Shown here in pieces: positions 37,141 through 50,249 of a stretch of DNA of 64,000 bases. Source of the stretch: Felis catus (taxonomy: Eukaryota); NCBI RefSeq assembly GCF_018350175.1, contig NC_058368.1:159094001-159158000 (forward strand), read 5' to 3'. Both the position numbers and the translations under genes were made by a program. Within the stretch, counting starts at the first letter, position 1; each line of letters starts with the position of its first letter. Below the pieces are notes generated by a model that had not been told where the DNA came from, did not search any database, and worked only from the letters and a program-made list of their open reading frames with translations.

Positions 37141-37547
37141 TTTTAAATAGGTGAATATGGTAGGTACCACATGAATAAAATGGTAATCAACACATCAATA
37201 AAGTACACATAATAATGCTTCATGGGACCAAATTTGGGTAAGCCCCTGTTCAAGACCCAGTTGCATACTGCAGGATTTTAGGATCTTTACAGGAAATATG
37301 TCATGCTGTCCAATTGGGTGATTAGAAAATGTACTTTCTTAGGTTTGGTCAGCATTTAAAGAAACCCAACAAAGATGGTCCTAAGGCCTGAAGTGAAAGG
37401 GATAGAGTGAATCCTGATCCCAGAAAAACTAGCTGCATGGAGAAAGCCATCTGACAGGAGATGTGGCTTTGCATAGAGGAACTCCTTCAGCTAATGACAA
37501 ACTAGAAAGGAGGTAGCTGAGGAAAGGAATACTCTGTGCTTGCCTTA

Positions 37548-38330
37548 TGTATTCATTTCTTATTGTTGGTGTAGCAAATATTCATAATCATAGAGACTAA
37601 TAGCACAAATGTATTATGTTATAGTTTTGTAAGTCAGAAATACTACATGGGTCTCACAGGTTAAAATTGAGGTGTTAGTTGGGGCACCTGGGTGGCTCAG
37701 TAGGTTAAGCAGCCGACTTCAACTCAGCTCATGATGTTGGGGTCTCTAGGTTCGAGACCCCTGTCAGGTTCTGTGCTCACGGCTTAAAGCCTGGAACCTG
37801 CTTCAGATTCTATGTCTCTGTCTCTTTCTGCCCCTCCCCTACTCATGCTCTGTGTCTCAAAAATGAATACGTTTCAAAAAATTAAAAAAAATTGAGGTAT
37901 TAGCAAAGCTGTACTCCTTCTGGAGACTTCAGGGGTCAGTCAGTTCACTTGCTTCTCCCGGTTTCTAGCAGACACCTACATTCCTCAGCTCACGGCTCCT
38001 TATATCTTGAAAGCCAGTAGAGTGGCATCTTCAGATCTCTTTCTAACTCTCAGACTTCTGTTTTTGTCCTCACATTGCACTTGTACAGCTTTCCACCCCT
38101 CATGATCACCTGCTTTATCTTGCTCACCCTGACTTGTATCCTCCTGCCTCCCTCTTTAAAGAATCTTGTGATTATATTGGCCCCCCTGGGATAATTCAGA
38201 ATAATATCCCCACCTCAGAAATTCTTAGTGTACCTGCAAATTTCTTTTTTTCCATATAAAATAACATATTTACAGGTTCTGAGGATTAGGGCATGGATGT
38301 CTTTAAGGGGCCATTATTCAGACCACCATA
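37548..38330 (-). mobile_element. MLT1D-like MaLR solo LTR split by a Can-SINE
   Basis: tgtattcatttcttattg...atgggtctcac...gaaagccag...gcatcttc...ctcctgcctccctctt...ggataattcagaataat...ggggccattattcagaccaccata. Confidence 0.85.
37681..37887 (+). mobile_element. Can-SINE
   Basis: TSD aaaattgaggt(g/a)ttag starting at 37663 and 37888. Confidence 0.95.
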
Positions 38331-40759
38331 TAGTCTCTTTACCTTTGTTCTCCTGCTACTGTCTGTCATTGGTCTAACCCAACTGAAAGCCAGAGGGTAA
38401 AGGAACCCATTGACTTAACCTACATAGATTACCCTCCAGGGGACAGTGCTTAATAGATCTGGAAGAGCAAATAGAATATATGCCGATACGTCATAATTAG
38501 GAATTAATACTATTACTCAGCTGTCTTTGGTTCTATTCCATCCATTTCACAACCTGAGTAGGTCCTTGCATTCATAAGTTTAATTCCTTTAGTAATATAT
38601 GTTATTCTTCTACTATATATTTTTTAATAGAAGAAAAGCTATGAAAATTTAAAAAAATATATAGAAATGCCCATTTGATCTGATTGGTTTTAGTTTTAAG
38701 TTTTATTTTTACATGAAAATTACCTAGATTAAGAAAAATAGGAAAAAAGTCAGCTCATTCATTTTCTCTGACTTCACATGTTTTAAAACACACAATCATT
38801 TAAATAGTTTGAACAAAATATTACTATATATTTCACGCACTGAGCAGAGGTTTTGTCCCTCTCATCTAAGATGATTGCAATAATGTCATTTGTTCTAGAT
38901 CATGATTTAAAATTGAAATGTGTTCACATTTATGTGGGAAATTCTTAGATGAGGTGCAGACATATTTTCAGACATTTAAGGTATATAAACTCAATAAATA
39001 TATAAAAAGTCATAATTTTAAAACAGTGGGAAAGACATTTTAAGGGGGTAGTTTAGAAAAGAATAAAAGACAAAGATTTCTTGATTTGAGATGAAAAAGT
39101 AAAAGACTAATGTTGAAATTAGGGCCATGAATAATAAAACACCAAAAGTGGTATTTACAAACAATTGTATATTGACCCAGGAGGGTGTTGGATAGTTTAG
39201 CTTCCTTTTACAGTCTGTCTGCTCTGTTAAGAAAGACTCTTGGTTAGCACAGTAATAGCTGTTATCTTATGAAATGTGCCTCAAGCTCCTGAAGATATTT
39301 GTAAAATGTGTTATTGTAGCTATGAATCATCCTAATTACTGCCAATATCTCTGCATTTTCAGGAGTTAGAGGAAAATGACTCAGTTAAGCCAACCTAATT
39401 GATGTAGCTTATTGGTAAGGATTTATTATTATGGACAACTATTGAATATTCTCTTTCCCTGGTACGCCTCCTTTTTTGGAGCATATTCCCTAGTATATGG
39501 AGGTCTTTGGTGCAAGCTATTCTTTCTTCTAAGAAGTTGACACACACTGACCTTAGATACTGAAACATTTAAACATGCCTAATTCCATAAGTAAGTTTAT
39601 TGGTACAGTCAGGAACCAACTTGCTCTACATTTCCCTAAGTCACATGTAGACTTCATAATAAATGATACCTATCAATCACTAAGATAAACTTGACTTTCT
39701 GAGATCTTCTTAGTTTTTTAATTTTTCTTCCTTACTCTAGTCTTTCTTCTGAAGTCTAGGTGCTTGGAAGTACCAATTAAAGCTTTTTCCACTGAGGGTT
39801 TGACAAAATTATTTATCTGTCAAAAAAATTACAGTGTTCTTTTCTTCTACATCTGCTTTCTAAATATTTTCTACATTTTTTTCTAAATTTTAGACCATTC
39901 ATCTCATTCTGTTATATTTCAGGGTGATAAGGAGGAAACAACATAATTATTACTGGTCTATTAATTGAAAACCTCTATATATAAATATTTTCCTACAACA
40001 TGAACAACTTCATCAGGTATTATTTTACATAAAGAATTATTCAATATTATTATAACTAAAAATATTACAACCAAAATTCTTATAATCATTACAGGGTGAA
40101 GGCAGAAATGGTTTATTTTACCCCATTTTCATTTAGTCATTACAGAAACATTATTAAACAGGTACTATATAGTTGCACTGTAATATGTCCCCTCTTTTGA
40201 GGGATAGATATGTTTAATACACATTTTTGTTTCAGAAGGCCCTCAGATTACAATTGACATGCACATGTTACATAATGTTTCTTGTTTCTTTTTTATCCTT
40301 AAAGCTGGAGTTAGGTTTAAGGTGAATTTAATAATCAGTAGTACAGTGCAATTGAGGAATTATGGGAGCTGGTATAGAGAAATGGCACTTTTTTTTTCCT
40401 CAAAAGAGATAAGTAAATAGACAATCTATAGTTCAGTTGATGGATTCAGTGACAGAAATAACCATAGGGTTTTTATGGGAGGACCTAGGAAGAGGAGCCA
40501 AGACAAAGAAGAGTCAATAAACGGACCTTCCATCAGGAGGTTACCGTTCTATTTTCAAGGCTAATTAAAACCAGGTAGGAGAAGAAAACAGTGATGAACT
40601 TAAAAGGGAATTCCTTGTTTAAGGAGTCAAACTACGTTAGCATGGGTGACATGCAAAAGTTGAGGAGAAAAGGAATCTGGCTCCCAAGGAAACCAAGGAC
40701 CATATCAAGGCAGGTCTAGTGTGTTAAGCCAAACATCCCTATTTAAGTCTTCCGGAGAA

Positions 40760-40880
40760 TATATGACTAGTGACAAGGTATTTACCTCTCTGTGCCTCAA
40801 TATCCTTATATTAAAAAAAATGTACCTCATATGGTACTTGTGAGAATAGAATGATTTTATATATATCTCCCTTAAAACCA
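40760..40880 (+). mobile_element. MIR fragment
   Basis: gacaaggtatttacctctctgtgcctca...tacctcata...ttgtgagaatagaatga. Confidence 0.65.
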
Positions 40881-42135
40881 CTAGATAAATGCCAAGTTAA
40901 CTACTGGAGGATTTAAAGCAGGAAAATGATGCCATATATAAAATCTCATGCAGAGCATATGTCTTTCTTTATGATATGTTTGGTATTTTCTTTATTATTA
41001 TGGGATTTTCCGGGTTTTCTTAGAATAATAGTGTAAACTAAGTAAAAAAAATGCTTAATCACCAGGAAATTCATTAAAAATGGTTTTATTGAAATTAAAA
41101 TTTCAGACCACTTAATATCACTCAACATTTCCCTTTTAAGGATAATTTGTCATGTTTTTCCACAGTCTATATTTGGATAGCTACCATAAACATGGCTTGA
41201 TCAGGTTAATATTCTGCATAAATCTAACAGAAACCAGAAGTTCTCTGGCTGTATCTGTTTCCTGAGGAGAAGGGTCTGTGCCAAGTTTCTGTGGCAGAGG
41301 CCAGTACTTAATAGATACTGTGGTACACTTAATAATCCTATGAAATCCTGGATGCTAAACCACAACTTGGAATCACAGCCCTATTTTTCACATATGTTCT
41401 TTTGTACATTGCCTAAGGTGCAGAAACCAATTTTCTAAATATTTCAATTTCTTTTCTTTCAAATGTAGCTAATCTAAACAAATGTCTGTTTTTGAGTTAT
41501 TTCCATCAATACCACCCTTGTTTCTTTCATGTACACACTCAAGGTAAAAGTAGAAGATTACTAATTGCAAAGAAATTGTATTGAATAATAGTAATAACAA
41601 CAAATCTTAGTGCTTTTTAAAATCATGTGGAATAAAGATAATGGCAGCCCTGCTATAGGTATTGCCAAATCTTTTCTTCTCTTCCCTTCCTCTCCCTGTC
41701 TCTCTCTCTCTAAATGAAATCATCCCTGTAGACAGAACTCTGGTATTTATATCCATGAAGATCTTAGATGTTTTCCAAATCATTTTCCATCCAAAATTAC
41801 AAATGAGTAATTAAAAAACAATAAGATTTATCAATATTAAAACATTCCACTTAAAGAAAAATATTTGGAACTTACATATAACACATTTACCCATAAATTA
41901 ATTGTTTTATATTGAGATGTTTGCATGTTTATGTATATATGGTAATTAGGGAAATAAAATATTTTTTACAGTTACTGAGATGCTCTCTCCTAGTCCATCT
42001 GTTTTCCTCTTAGATGTAAATGCAAAAAGAAAGAATACTGTCTGTTTGTAAACATTGGAATTTGAATGGAGGCTGTAGACAATATAGCTAGTGCAGTGTA
42101 ATTGCTAGAGCTGTTCTTCTGACTTCATATCTATT

Positions 42136-42355
42136 TTTTTTTTATTTTTTTTCAACGTTTATTTATTTTTGGGACAGAGAGAGACAGAGCATGAACGGGG
42201 GAGGGGCAGAGAGAGAGGGAGACACAGAATCGGAAACAGGCCTCAGGCTCTGAGCCATCAGCCCAGAGCCCGACGCGGGGCTCGAACTCACGGACTGCGA
42301 GATCGTGACCTGGCTGAAGTCGGATGCTTAACCGACTGCGCCACCCAGGCGCCCC
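42136..42355 (-). mobile_element. Young SINEC_Fc
   Basis: 16-bp TSD tgacttcatatctatt at 42120-42135 and 42356-42371. Confidence 0.97.
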
Positions 42356-43074
42356 TGACTTCATATCTATTGACTGAATAGTTTACACTTGAATGGCATC
42401 TACGTGAAAGAAAAAAGAGAAATGATCCAGTCCAACTGGAGTTGTAGGAATGTTCTTAAACTGTAGAAGCAGGTAGAACCTGGGAGATCATCTGGCCCTA
42501 CCCCCATATGGACAGGCAAGGACACTAACAGCCAAGAAAGTGACCATTGTTGCTGGAGTGTGGGAAAGAAAGAACCTCAGATGGAAAGAAGGAACATTCC
42601 CAAACTTGTGCCAAGTCCACCTGATCTTTCTTCATTTATCCTTGATGGTCATTATTTTCAACTTTAGTCATTAAAGTAATTTGTGCATTTCCCTAAAGAC
42701 AACAGGCTATTTCTTTCTCACTCTGCCTGTTCCAGTAGCCTATTATGAGTTCCTTTTTTAGCTTGGAGAAGGTGACAAAATCCAAACACCTTCCAGCTGC
42801 ACAGCTGGTCATGCTCCAATCTCCTCATGTTACGTCCATCATTTTACAATGCACCCTTAGAGAAGGCTTTCATGTAATAGGACTTGAAACTGCCCTAATA
42901 CTGTTGGGCACTGCGCTGTTTTTGACTTAGAATTTTCCATTTTTCTAGTTAAATTCTTTTATAGCCAAATAAATAAATAGTTTATATTGTTGCCCTTCCA
43001 ATATTAAGAATGTTTACTAACTAACCAACGTATTACTGAGAACCAGAAAAAAATATTAACGATTCTGGAACTGG

Positions 43075-43341
43075 AGGATGGAACTTGACCTAGGAGGGCA
43101 ACTGTTATGTCAAGCTCTAGGGGAGCTCTCAGGCCAAAGTACACTGTCAAAGAATTCCCACATATTGAAGGGTGGATTCGCCTCAATGGCCCTACCACTC
43201 TCAGTCATTGGCGGGGAGCAGCCCTTGGGAATTGTGGCTTTTGCATGCGTATAGTGGGGGATTCAGAGTACAACAGCTGGGCATGTCAATGACTTTCCCT
43301 GTAGCAGAAGATCCAAGTGTTGTATTTTCATGATAGCTACA
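43075..43341 (-). mobile_element. LTR16-like ERVL LTR, 5' portion
   Basis: Reverse complement starts tgtagctatcatg...gatcttctgctacaggg...cccagctg...gggctgctccccgccaatgactgag. Confidence 0.7.
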
Positions 43342-43344
43342 TAT

Positions 43345-45804
43345 GCTCCCATCAAATGTGGAATTTCTCTTTTGCAGCAGTCTTCCCAGGCTCATAAGCT
43401 GTTTTGGTTAATAGAATGCAGCAGAAGTGACTGTATAACTTCTGCAACTGAGCCTTAGGTCTGTAATGTGTTCCTTCACTTGTTGTAACATTGTCTTTTG
43501 AAAATGAGATGCCATATAAGAAATCTGAATATGCTGAGATGACCATGAAGAAACCCACTTTTGCAACATAAATAAAAAAAAAAAAAGAGTCCACATGGAA
43601 AAGCATGGTAGTACAAAACACATGAACAAAGCCTTTCTGGATTTTCTTGCCCAACTCAGATACCAGAGAATACAGCTGAGAGACTGACCCCAGCCAACAC
43701 TGCATAGAACAGAAGTATTGCCTGGCCAAGCTCTGCTCAAAATCCTCATCCAAAGAATCATGAAACAATAAATAGCATTGACTTTAAACCACTAAATTTT
43801 GGGTGCATTTATTATTGTACACATAGACCTGTCTCAGCATCCCTGCTACACTCAGTTAACAGCTATGGACAGCCTACATAAGACATAGAGTTTCTCTCAT
43901 GGTGGTCTCATAGAATAGTAGCTGGGGATTTCAGTCACATATAGGCAATAAACTGAAACGAAAGTCAGAATCTTGTGCACTAACAAAAACTATAATTCTG
44001 TGTCATTGGCTTATTGACAAAATACCAGTGAGGGCCTGCAAGGAGCAAAGGAACCTACTGTGGAGAACAGAAAGGCAATGAGGAAATTGTTATTGGAGAC
44101 TGGAGAAAATTCAACCATTTTGATTTGTTGGTGGAATGTTTAACAATATTGCATCTATGGTATCTTGTAAGACAGGAATGGATATAATCTGGTAGATCTG
44201 GTTATGTGGTTTTCCAGAAAGAATACTGGAAATTCTAACTTACTTTAAGTGTCTATTTTAAAGTAAGGTGAGAGAGATCAACAAAAAAGCTATTTAATTT
44301 TCAATCAGAATTTAAAGGAATTATTTCTAACCTAGGACTTGCCACGTTAGAAAATAAAAGTAGTTGTAGTTCCCAGCTTCTCCAGCTGGTACAATATCCT
44401 CAAGTAGGAAATGGAGACAGAGCTAAGATGAAATCCAAGTGCTTCCAATAAAATGTGGCCTTGAGATCAATATTAAGTCAAGGGTTTTTCTGGAAGACAC
44501 TATGTCAAGACATCAGAAAACTCGAAATGGTAGTGCATGGATCTCTCAGCTTGACAAAATGGCTTCTAAGAATCTTAAGTTATTTGTCCCATGATATCCT
44601 GTTCATGGGATTCAGTAGAGGAGAGCATGTCTTGAAAATATTTGTGGATGTATTATTATCTTTTGGGTTGCGTTATAATTTGATATATGGAGAAAGTACA
44701 TTTCTTTTATAGGAATTATACCAGTTTGGATGGAAAGGGATAAGAGAGTACAAAATGAAAATAGGTCTCTGGATCCCCAAACTTTTCTAGACAGGAAGCA
44801 AGCAAAAAAAAATACTGAACTGAAAACATGGGCACTGTTTTAAGGAATGTAAAGCAGGGGGTAGAGCCAAGCTCTGAGGAGAACCACTCCCTGAGAGCAC
44901 GGATGAATTGGAATCAATACACAGTCCTTGTATCCAGGGCAGCAGTAATTGGTGACATCTACTCAGTGAATTTCAAAATTGCTATGGAGTAATTACTGTT
45001 GTATGCTTCCTATCACTCCTCCCCCCTTTTTGAATGAGAAGTTAATTCCATCTCTGTTTCCCCATTATATGTTGGGTAAAGGTAGTGGGACACACCCTTT
45101 TTGTTTTTCACTTCTACATCTCTGGAGCTAAGATGTTGTACCCAAAGAACTTACTTGGAGAATCTTATTGTTATCTGGACACAATTTAGAGAAAGAAATG
45201 TTGGTCCTCAAGCCTGGGACTGATGCTGTAATAGAATCAAATTTTGGGAAGATATGTGAGTGGGTTTTGCCTGAAGGAAGGAATTATTGTGGAGAGAGGG
45301 TAAAATATGTTTTCAAAATTGGTGAAAGTGCTTCTTATCCCACATGCTAGTTTGCAATGTGACTTTTCTTTTACCTCATTGATTATGGACTCTGTTTCTT
45401 CTCTCCTGGAATCTGGACTGTTGCTGGTGCCTGCTTGACCAGCAGAATATAGCAGAAATGACTTTATAAAATTTGCCAGTCTTAGCCTTAAAAAGTCTGT
45501 AGTTTCTCTCTGCACCACTTGGAAGTCACTGGTGCCATAAGAAGACTCAACTTCCTGAGACTGCCATGCCATGACAAAACCCAAACTCAGACTAGCTGTG
45601 AGGAGCCCTGGGACTTCAGCAATATGAGTGAAGCTTTTTGGACCTTTTGAGCCCAACCCAGCCACCAGCTGACTGCAGCTGACTCAATAACCCTTCTGCA
45701 GCAGCAGAACTTTCCTGACCCATATATTCAAGAGCAAATAAAACAGTTGATGTCTAAAAACCTTTTTGGAGATATTGGTCATGTAGCAATAAATAACTGA
45801 AATA
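43345..45804 (+). mobile_element. MLT1G-like MaLR element with LTR-internal-LTR structure
   Basis: The 5' LTR (~43345-43960) and 3' LTR (~45300-45804) share agaat..agcagaa.tgact, tgaa.aaagcctttctgga / tgagtgaagctttttgga and an aactgaaa end. The MLT-int between them has gaggaaattgttattggagactggagaaa and a purine-rich gagagagggt before the 3' LTR. Confidence 0.75.
43830..43940 (-). mobile_element. Second LTR16-like fragment inside the 3' end of the first MLT1G LTR
   Basis: atccctgctacactcagt...cagcct...tggtgg...agtagctgggg...tcagtca parallels 43190-43290. Confidence 0.45.
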
Positions 45805-46742
45805 TACCCAACCCTACAGTGTGAGGACTCTCAAGCTTCCCGTAGAATAATTACTCAATCTCCTTAGCCTGCAGTCTAGGAACAAACAGCCACTATGCTT
45901 ATTGGGGATACTGATTTGTGTGGCCTATGCAATTGGAGCTTTTGATCAATCGTCTTTTTGCTCCTCCTCCTAATCTAACTTATTTTATCGATTCCAGAAC
46001 ATTTCTTCATGGAAAACAAAATACAGAACAAAACACAAAAACAAAACCTCCTTCCTTTGCTGCATTTTTCTCCTATGCTTGTATTTCCTTCATTATTCAA
46101 AAAAATGTATGTTAATTTTAGTTCAATATTTTCCCTCCTTCTATGTTCAGAACTTTAATGGATTTATATTTAATTAAATAAATTTACAATCATTCAGTGC
46201 TTTGTTGGGAGGTGGGAGAACTTGGTATCTTGGGCATCTAATCCATATTCTGGAACAAGATGTCTATTCATCTGCATTGTAATCAATATTTATTTATGCA
46301 TTTCCTCATTCAACAACCTCATTATTTGATTTTCTTACATAAAGTATCATAGTAAGTCTTAAGCATATGCTATAAGATCTTACAATGCAGTGAAGGAGAT
46401 AAGCACTTTAACAGGTAACTTTTGTTAGTCAAGGTGAAATGAGAGGTGGAAAGGAGTTGCACACAATGTGTGGTTTGGTCACTAAGAAGGTAGCTCTTAT
46501 CTCTGATGTGAGAGTGTGGGGAAGACATCCTAAAGAAAGGAGCATGTGAGCACCTAGCATTTAGCACTCAGCTTCATGTGCTCAAATAAGCATATGAAAT
46601 CTGTTTTTAAATGGAAATGTTTAAAGAAAAATCTTGAGTCTTCAACCTTCAATAGGCAGACAGGATGAAATGGATTTTCATACCCAAGGAAAAAGAGGAT
46701 TAAAGGAAGTCTTCTAGTATGTCTGGAGTGCTGGCTTAATTA

Positions 46743-46801
<59 letters not shown>

Positions 46802-46868
46802 GTATATAGATATACATATGTAAATGTATACATATGTATATATATAATTTATATATTTATATATATAA
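46743..46868. repeat. (TA)n microsatellite with a degenerate extension
   Basis: Directly visible. Confidence 0.95.
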
Positions 46869-49417
46869 TTTGTAGGAATATGTACATGAAATAGTTCTTT
46901 TTAGTTGGTACTGGGAAGACTATAGTCATTCTTAAACATAGTAGTGATAAAATATGAGAAGAGAATGATGGGATTATATTAACTTGGCAATTGTTAGAAT
47001 GTAAAAGATTAAGAATAGAGATAAATCAAATAGAATTTCCAGATTTTTAGTTTGGGGACTGATATTTAGCTGATTTAGTAACAAGAGCAGGTAGAAACTC
47101 ACTCTTAAGTATTATAAAAATTCTGCCTGAGAGATTTCTAGTTGAAGCTGTTTATATATAATATGATTAAAATGGCAGTTGTGGCAAAGGATCATTCTGT
47201 GGATCAGATAGTCATTTCCTGAATAGCTGTGATCACATGAGCTAGATTGTGAAATTGAGCTGCCACTTAATGTGATTCATTAAACAACATCCTAAAAATA
47301 GACACTAAAGTAGTAACATGAAATCTTAGCAAATGGCTGTTAATGGAGAACTAAAAACCCATCATCTGGTAACTTATTCATATTTTTTTTCTGATAAAAA
47401 TAGATTATTCAGATTATAGGTAGTTCTGAATTGCCTTTAAAGGAGCTCACTTTGAAAGAGCTCATTTCTGGTGAAAAAGCAACAAAATTCTTTTCTAATT
47501 TCAAGAAAATAAGAAAAAAATATTTAAGTGATATTTCAAAACAAAATTCATAAAATTTTATGGATAATTTTGACAATGTTTTACCACAGTATACCTGAAT
47601 TATCTGAAAAGGAATCCCATTGGATTCAGTCTTAGTAGCTTTAACTTGTTTGGTTTCTGGGTCTTTATGCCACATATTACTACATCACTTAAAAACTTTC
47701 TGAATCTTTAACTTTCCCAATTTTGTCATCCCAGGCTTCTTACCAGCAGGCCTTTCTCCATTGAGTATACAGGTTTCATCTGTTTTCTACTTAGAAAAAC
47801 TTGGTTTCAGTACAGAGATGGGAATCTTAATGTTATAAATAAGAGTTATATGAACCTCTGGTTGTCCTGAGCCTTGAAATCCTGATAAAAATCAATTCTT
47901 TCTGAACTGCAAAATAATGTTTTATTTCTCTCTTTCTCATTCTACTCTGCCTTCTATTGAAATTAAATTCATTGAGGTGTCAGTGGCTGATATTTCCCCC
48001 TGAGGATATTTGCATTTTAGAAGGTTTTTGAATAAATATCTGAAATGTTGACATTAAGAGTGTTTTGAAGATCTTGAAACGTGAAATGTAGGAAGTATGG
48101 AAGAGATGAAAGATAGTAGACTTGGAATTTCATGAAATCAGGTGAATTAGGAAAGGAATCTAATAAATAGGAAACAAGTTGGGGGAAGAAGGATCTTCCG
48201 AGGATTTGGAAATCACTAGTTATAGTGGAAACTACACAATTTTTCAATTTGTAAAACCACCATTTGGTCAGCTAGTGATATTTCCTTGTGTTTTTGTTAG
48301 CCCAAACCATCTGAAATTTAACTATGAAACATAGACTAGTGAAATTATCAATTACGAACAAAAATCAAACAGGAAATCAAACTTTACTGAGAGTCAGTGG
48401 AGACTCATTCTCTCTTATGGATGCTATGTTAGTGGAAAATGGAGGCAGTTGACCATGCAACCTGGAAATAAAGGGCATGCTATTAGATGTGGGCATAAGG
48501 AAAATAAACACACAATGTGGATTTAAAATATTGACTTACACTGAGGGAAATAAAATGGCAAGTGGCAGTGTTTTATTACTGTACGTTAAAACAAATCTCC
48601 CAAATACCTAATACAAATAATTCCAATATTAAGAAATCTCATTAGCAATTTATCAGAAGAATATATAAAAACAAATGAGATTTAAAACAATATTTCTAGA
48701 AGGTACTTTAGCTGTATATCTGCATGGACATAGAAGTCTTGACCAAATTAATTGGCCTATTGTAATTAAAACTCAGCCAAGATAGAACACTAAAGACAAT
48801 TTATGGGATTGGACTTCTGTAAGAGCTGCATAAACCTGATGAATCATTTCTGTTACAGTTCCAGGGCTCTCATTATAATTCTAGTGATTAAAGCATCTAA
48901 TGAAACATTTCTTAGGAGGAAACACATTTATAAAATTTTACTAAATTATATTATCCTTTGACCATCTAATAGGTCTACTGATGAGATCCTATGGGAAGAC
49001 TGCCTACTATCAAAGAAAGAGTCCAATTCTTCTTTATGTAAAAGGAGAAATTTTTTTCCTCTTAAAGTTGGCAGTGAGAAAAATAGTGTACTTACCTTTC
49101 AGTCCAGGAGAAACTTGAACCTCAAATTATAAAATAGTAGAAAGATATCTTTACCACTTCTTCCCTAGTTTGTACCCCTTTGGCCACAATTTACTGGTTG
49201 TGTCCATGGACTAAATTTCAGTGTGTAATAGAAGCTACATGCCTGGATTTTTTTTTTTTTAACTATTCAACTTGGTAAAGGTGTATTAAAGCACAAATAT
49301 GCTGGTTTAATAAGCCTTGCAAAATTTATATCCACTCTTTTCTGCTTCTCTTCTCCCCATTTGTAGACTCAGAAGCAAATGGAACTGAACACAGGATTTT
49401 TAAAAATAAAATTTATT

Positions 49418-49625
49418 GGGGCACCTGGGTGGCTCAGTCAGTTGGGCCTCTGACTTTGGCTCAGGTCATGATCTCATGGTCCATGAGTTTGAACCCTGCA
49501 TCGGGCTCTGTGCTAATAGCTCAGAGCCTGGAGCCTGCCTCAGATTCTGTGTCTCCCTCTCTCTGCCCTTCCCCCACTCATGCTCTATCTCTCTCTGTCA
49601 AAAATAAATAAACATTAAAAAAAAT
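49418..49625 (+). mobile_element. Can-SINE
   Basis: 17-bp TSD taaaaataaaatttatt at 49401-49417 and 49626-49642. Confidence 0.96.
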
Positions 49626-49649
49626 TAAAAATAAAATTTATTTTTGAAG

Positions 49650-49856
49650 TCAGGTTTATTTACATACAATTTACATATGGTAAAATTCACCTTTTTAAAA
49701 ATTGTTTTTTTTTAATGTTTATTTTTGAGAGCGAGAGAGAGCGTGCAAGTGGGGGAGGGGCAGAGAGAGAGAGTAAAATTCACCTTTTTAATGTATTGTA
49801 TAGTTCTATGAGTTTGGACAGACATATAGAGTTGTGTAGCCACCACCACAATCAAG
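49650..49856 (-). mobile_element. L1MB-like 3' terminal fragment
   Basis: caatttacatatggtaaaattcaccttttta...tagttctatgagtttggaca...tgtgtagccaccaccacaatcaag. Confidence 0.8.
49699..49772 (-). mobile_element. Severely 5'-truncated Can-SINE (74 bp)
   Basis: Only the T tail and GA-rich part remain. Perfect 19-bp TSD gtaaaattcacctttttaa at 49680-49698 and 49773-49791. Confidence 0.93.
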
Positions 49857-50249
49857 CCTGAGTATACCAAAATGAGATATTTATATTTAAAAAGTTGCTA
49901 GAGAAGTGTTAAGTTGATAAATGGTTGAAGTGGTAAAATACAGTAAGTTAATTAGAGTAAGCAAGGTCTTGAGAAAATAAGGCTGAGGTAGAGAGGACAG
50001 AAGAAATGGTTAAGAGAGGAGAAATAAAAGGTGAAGAAACAGTCAAACAAAGGAAGTGGGTTCTAAGAATGGCATGTGAGTGGTAGGGGTTGGGGATTTG
50101 GACTCTATGAAGGAGACCATATATATCACAAACCACCTCTCTTGTTTTTTCCAGTCTTGTCTATTTTTCTCTCTTAATGAGTCCTACGTGGTCAGACAGT
50201 GCTTTAACCTGCCTAAGCTTATGTTGATTGTTTAATAAATGAAGAAGTA

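Larger units (their letters stand above)
37270..38490 (-). mobile_element. LTR40-like ERVL solo LTR split by MLT1D
   Basis: Left part tagctgcatggagaaagccatctgacaggagatgtggctt. Right part (38333-38490) cattggtctaacccaactgaaagccagagggtaaaggaacccattga...gatctggaagagcaaa. Confidence 0.75.

Noticed and set aside
43352..45665. The longest ORFs in the track (138 aa and 142 aa)
   Set aside because: They lie antisense within the MaLR LTRs, have no recognisable domain, and share no protein similarity despite homologous DNA.
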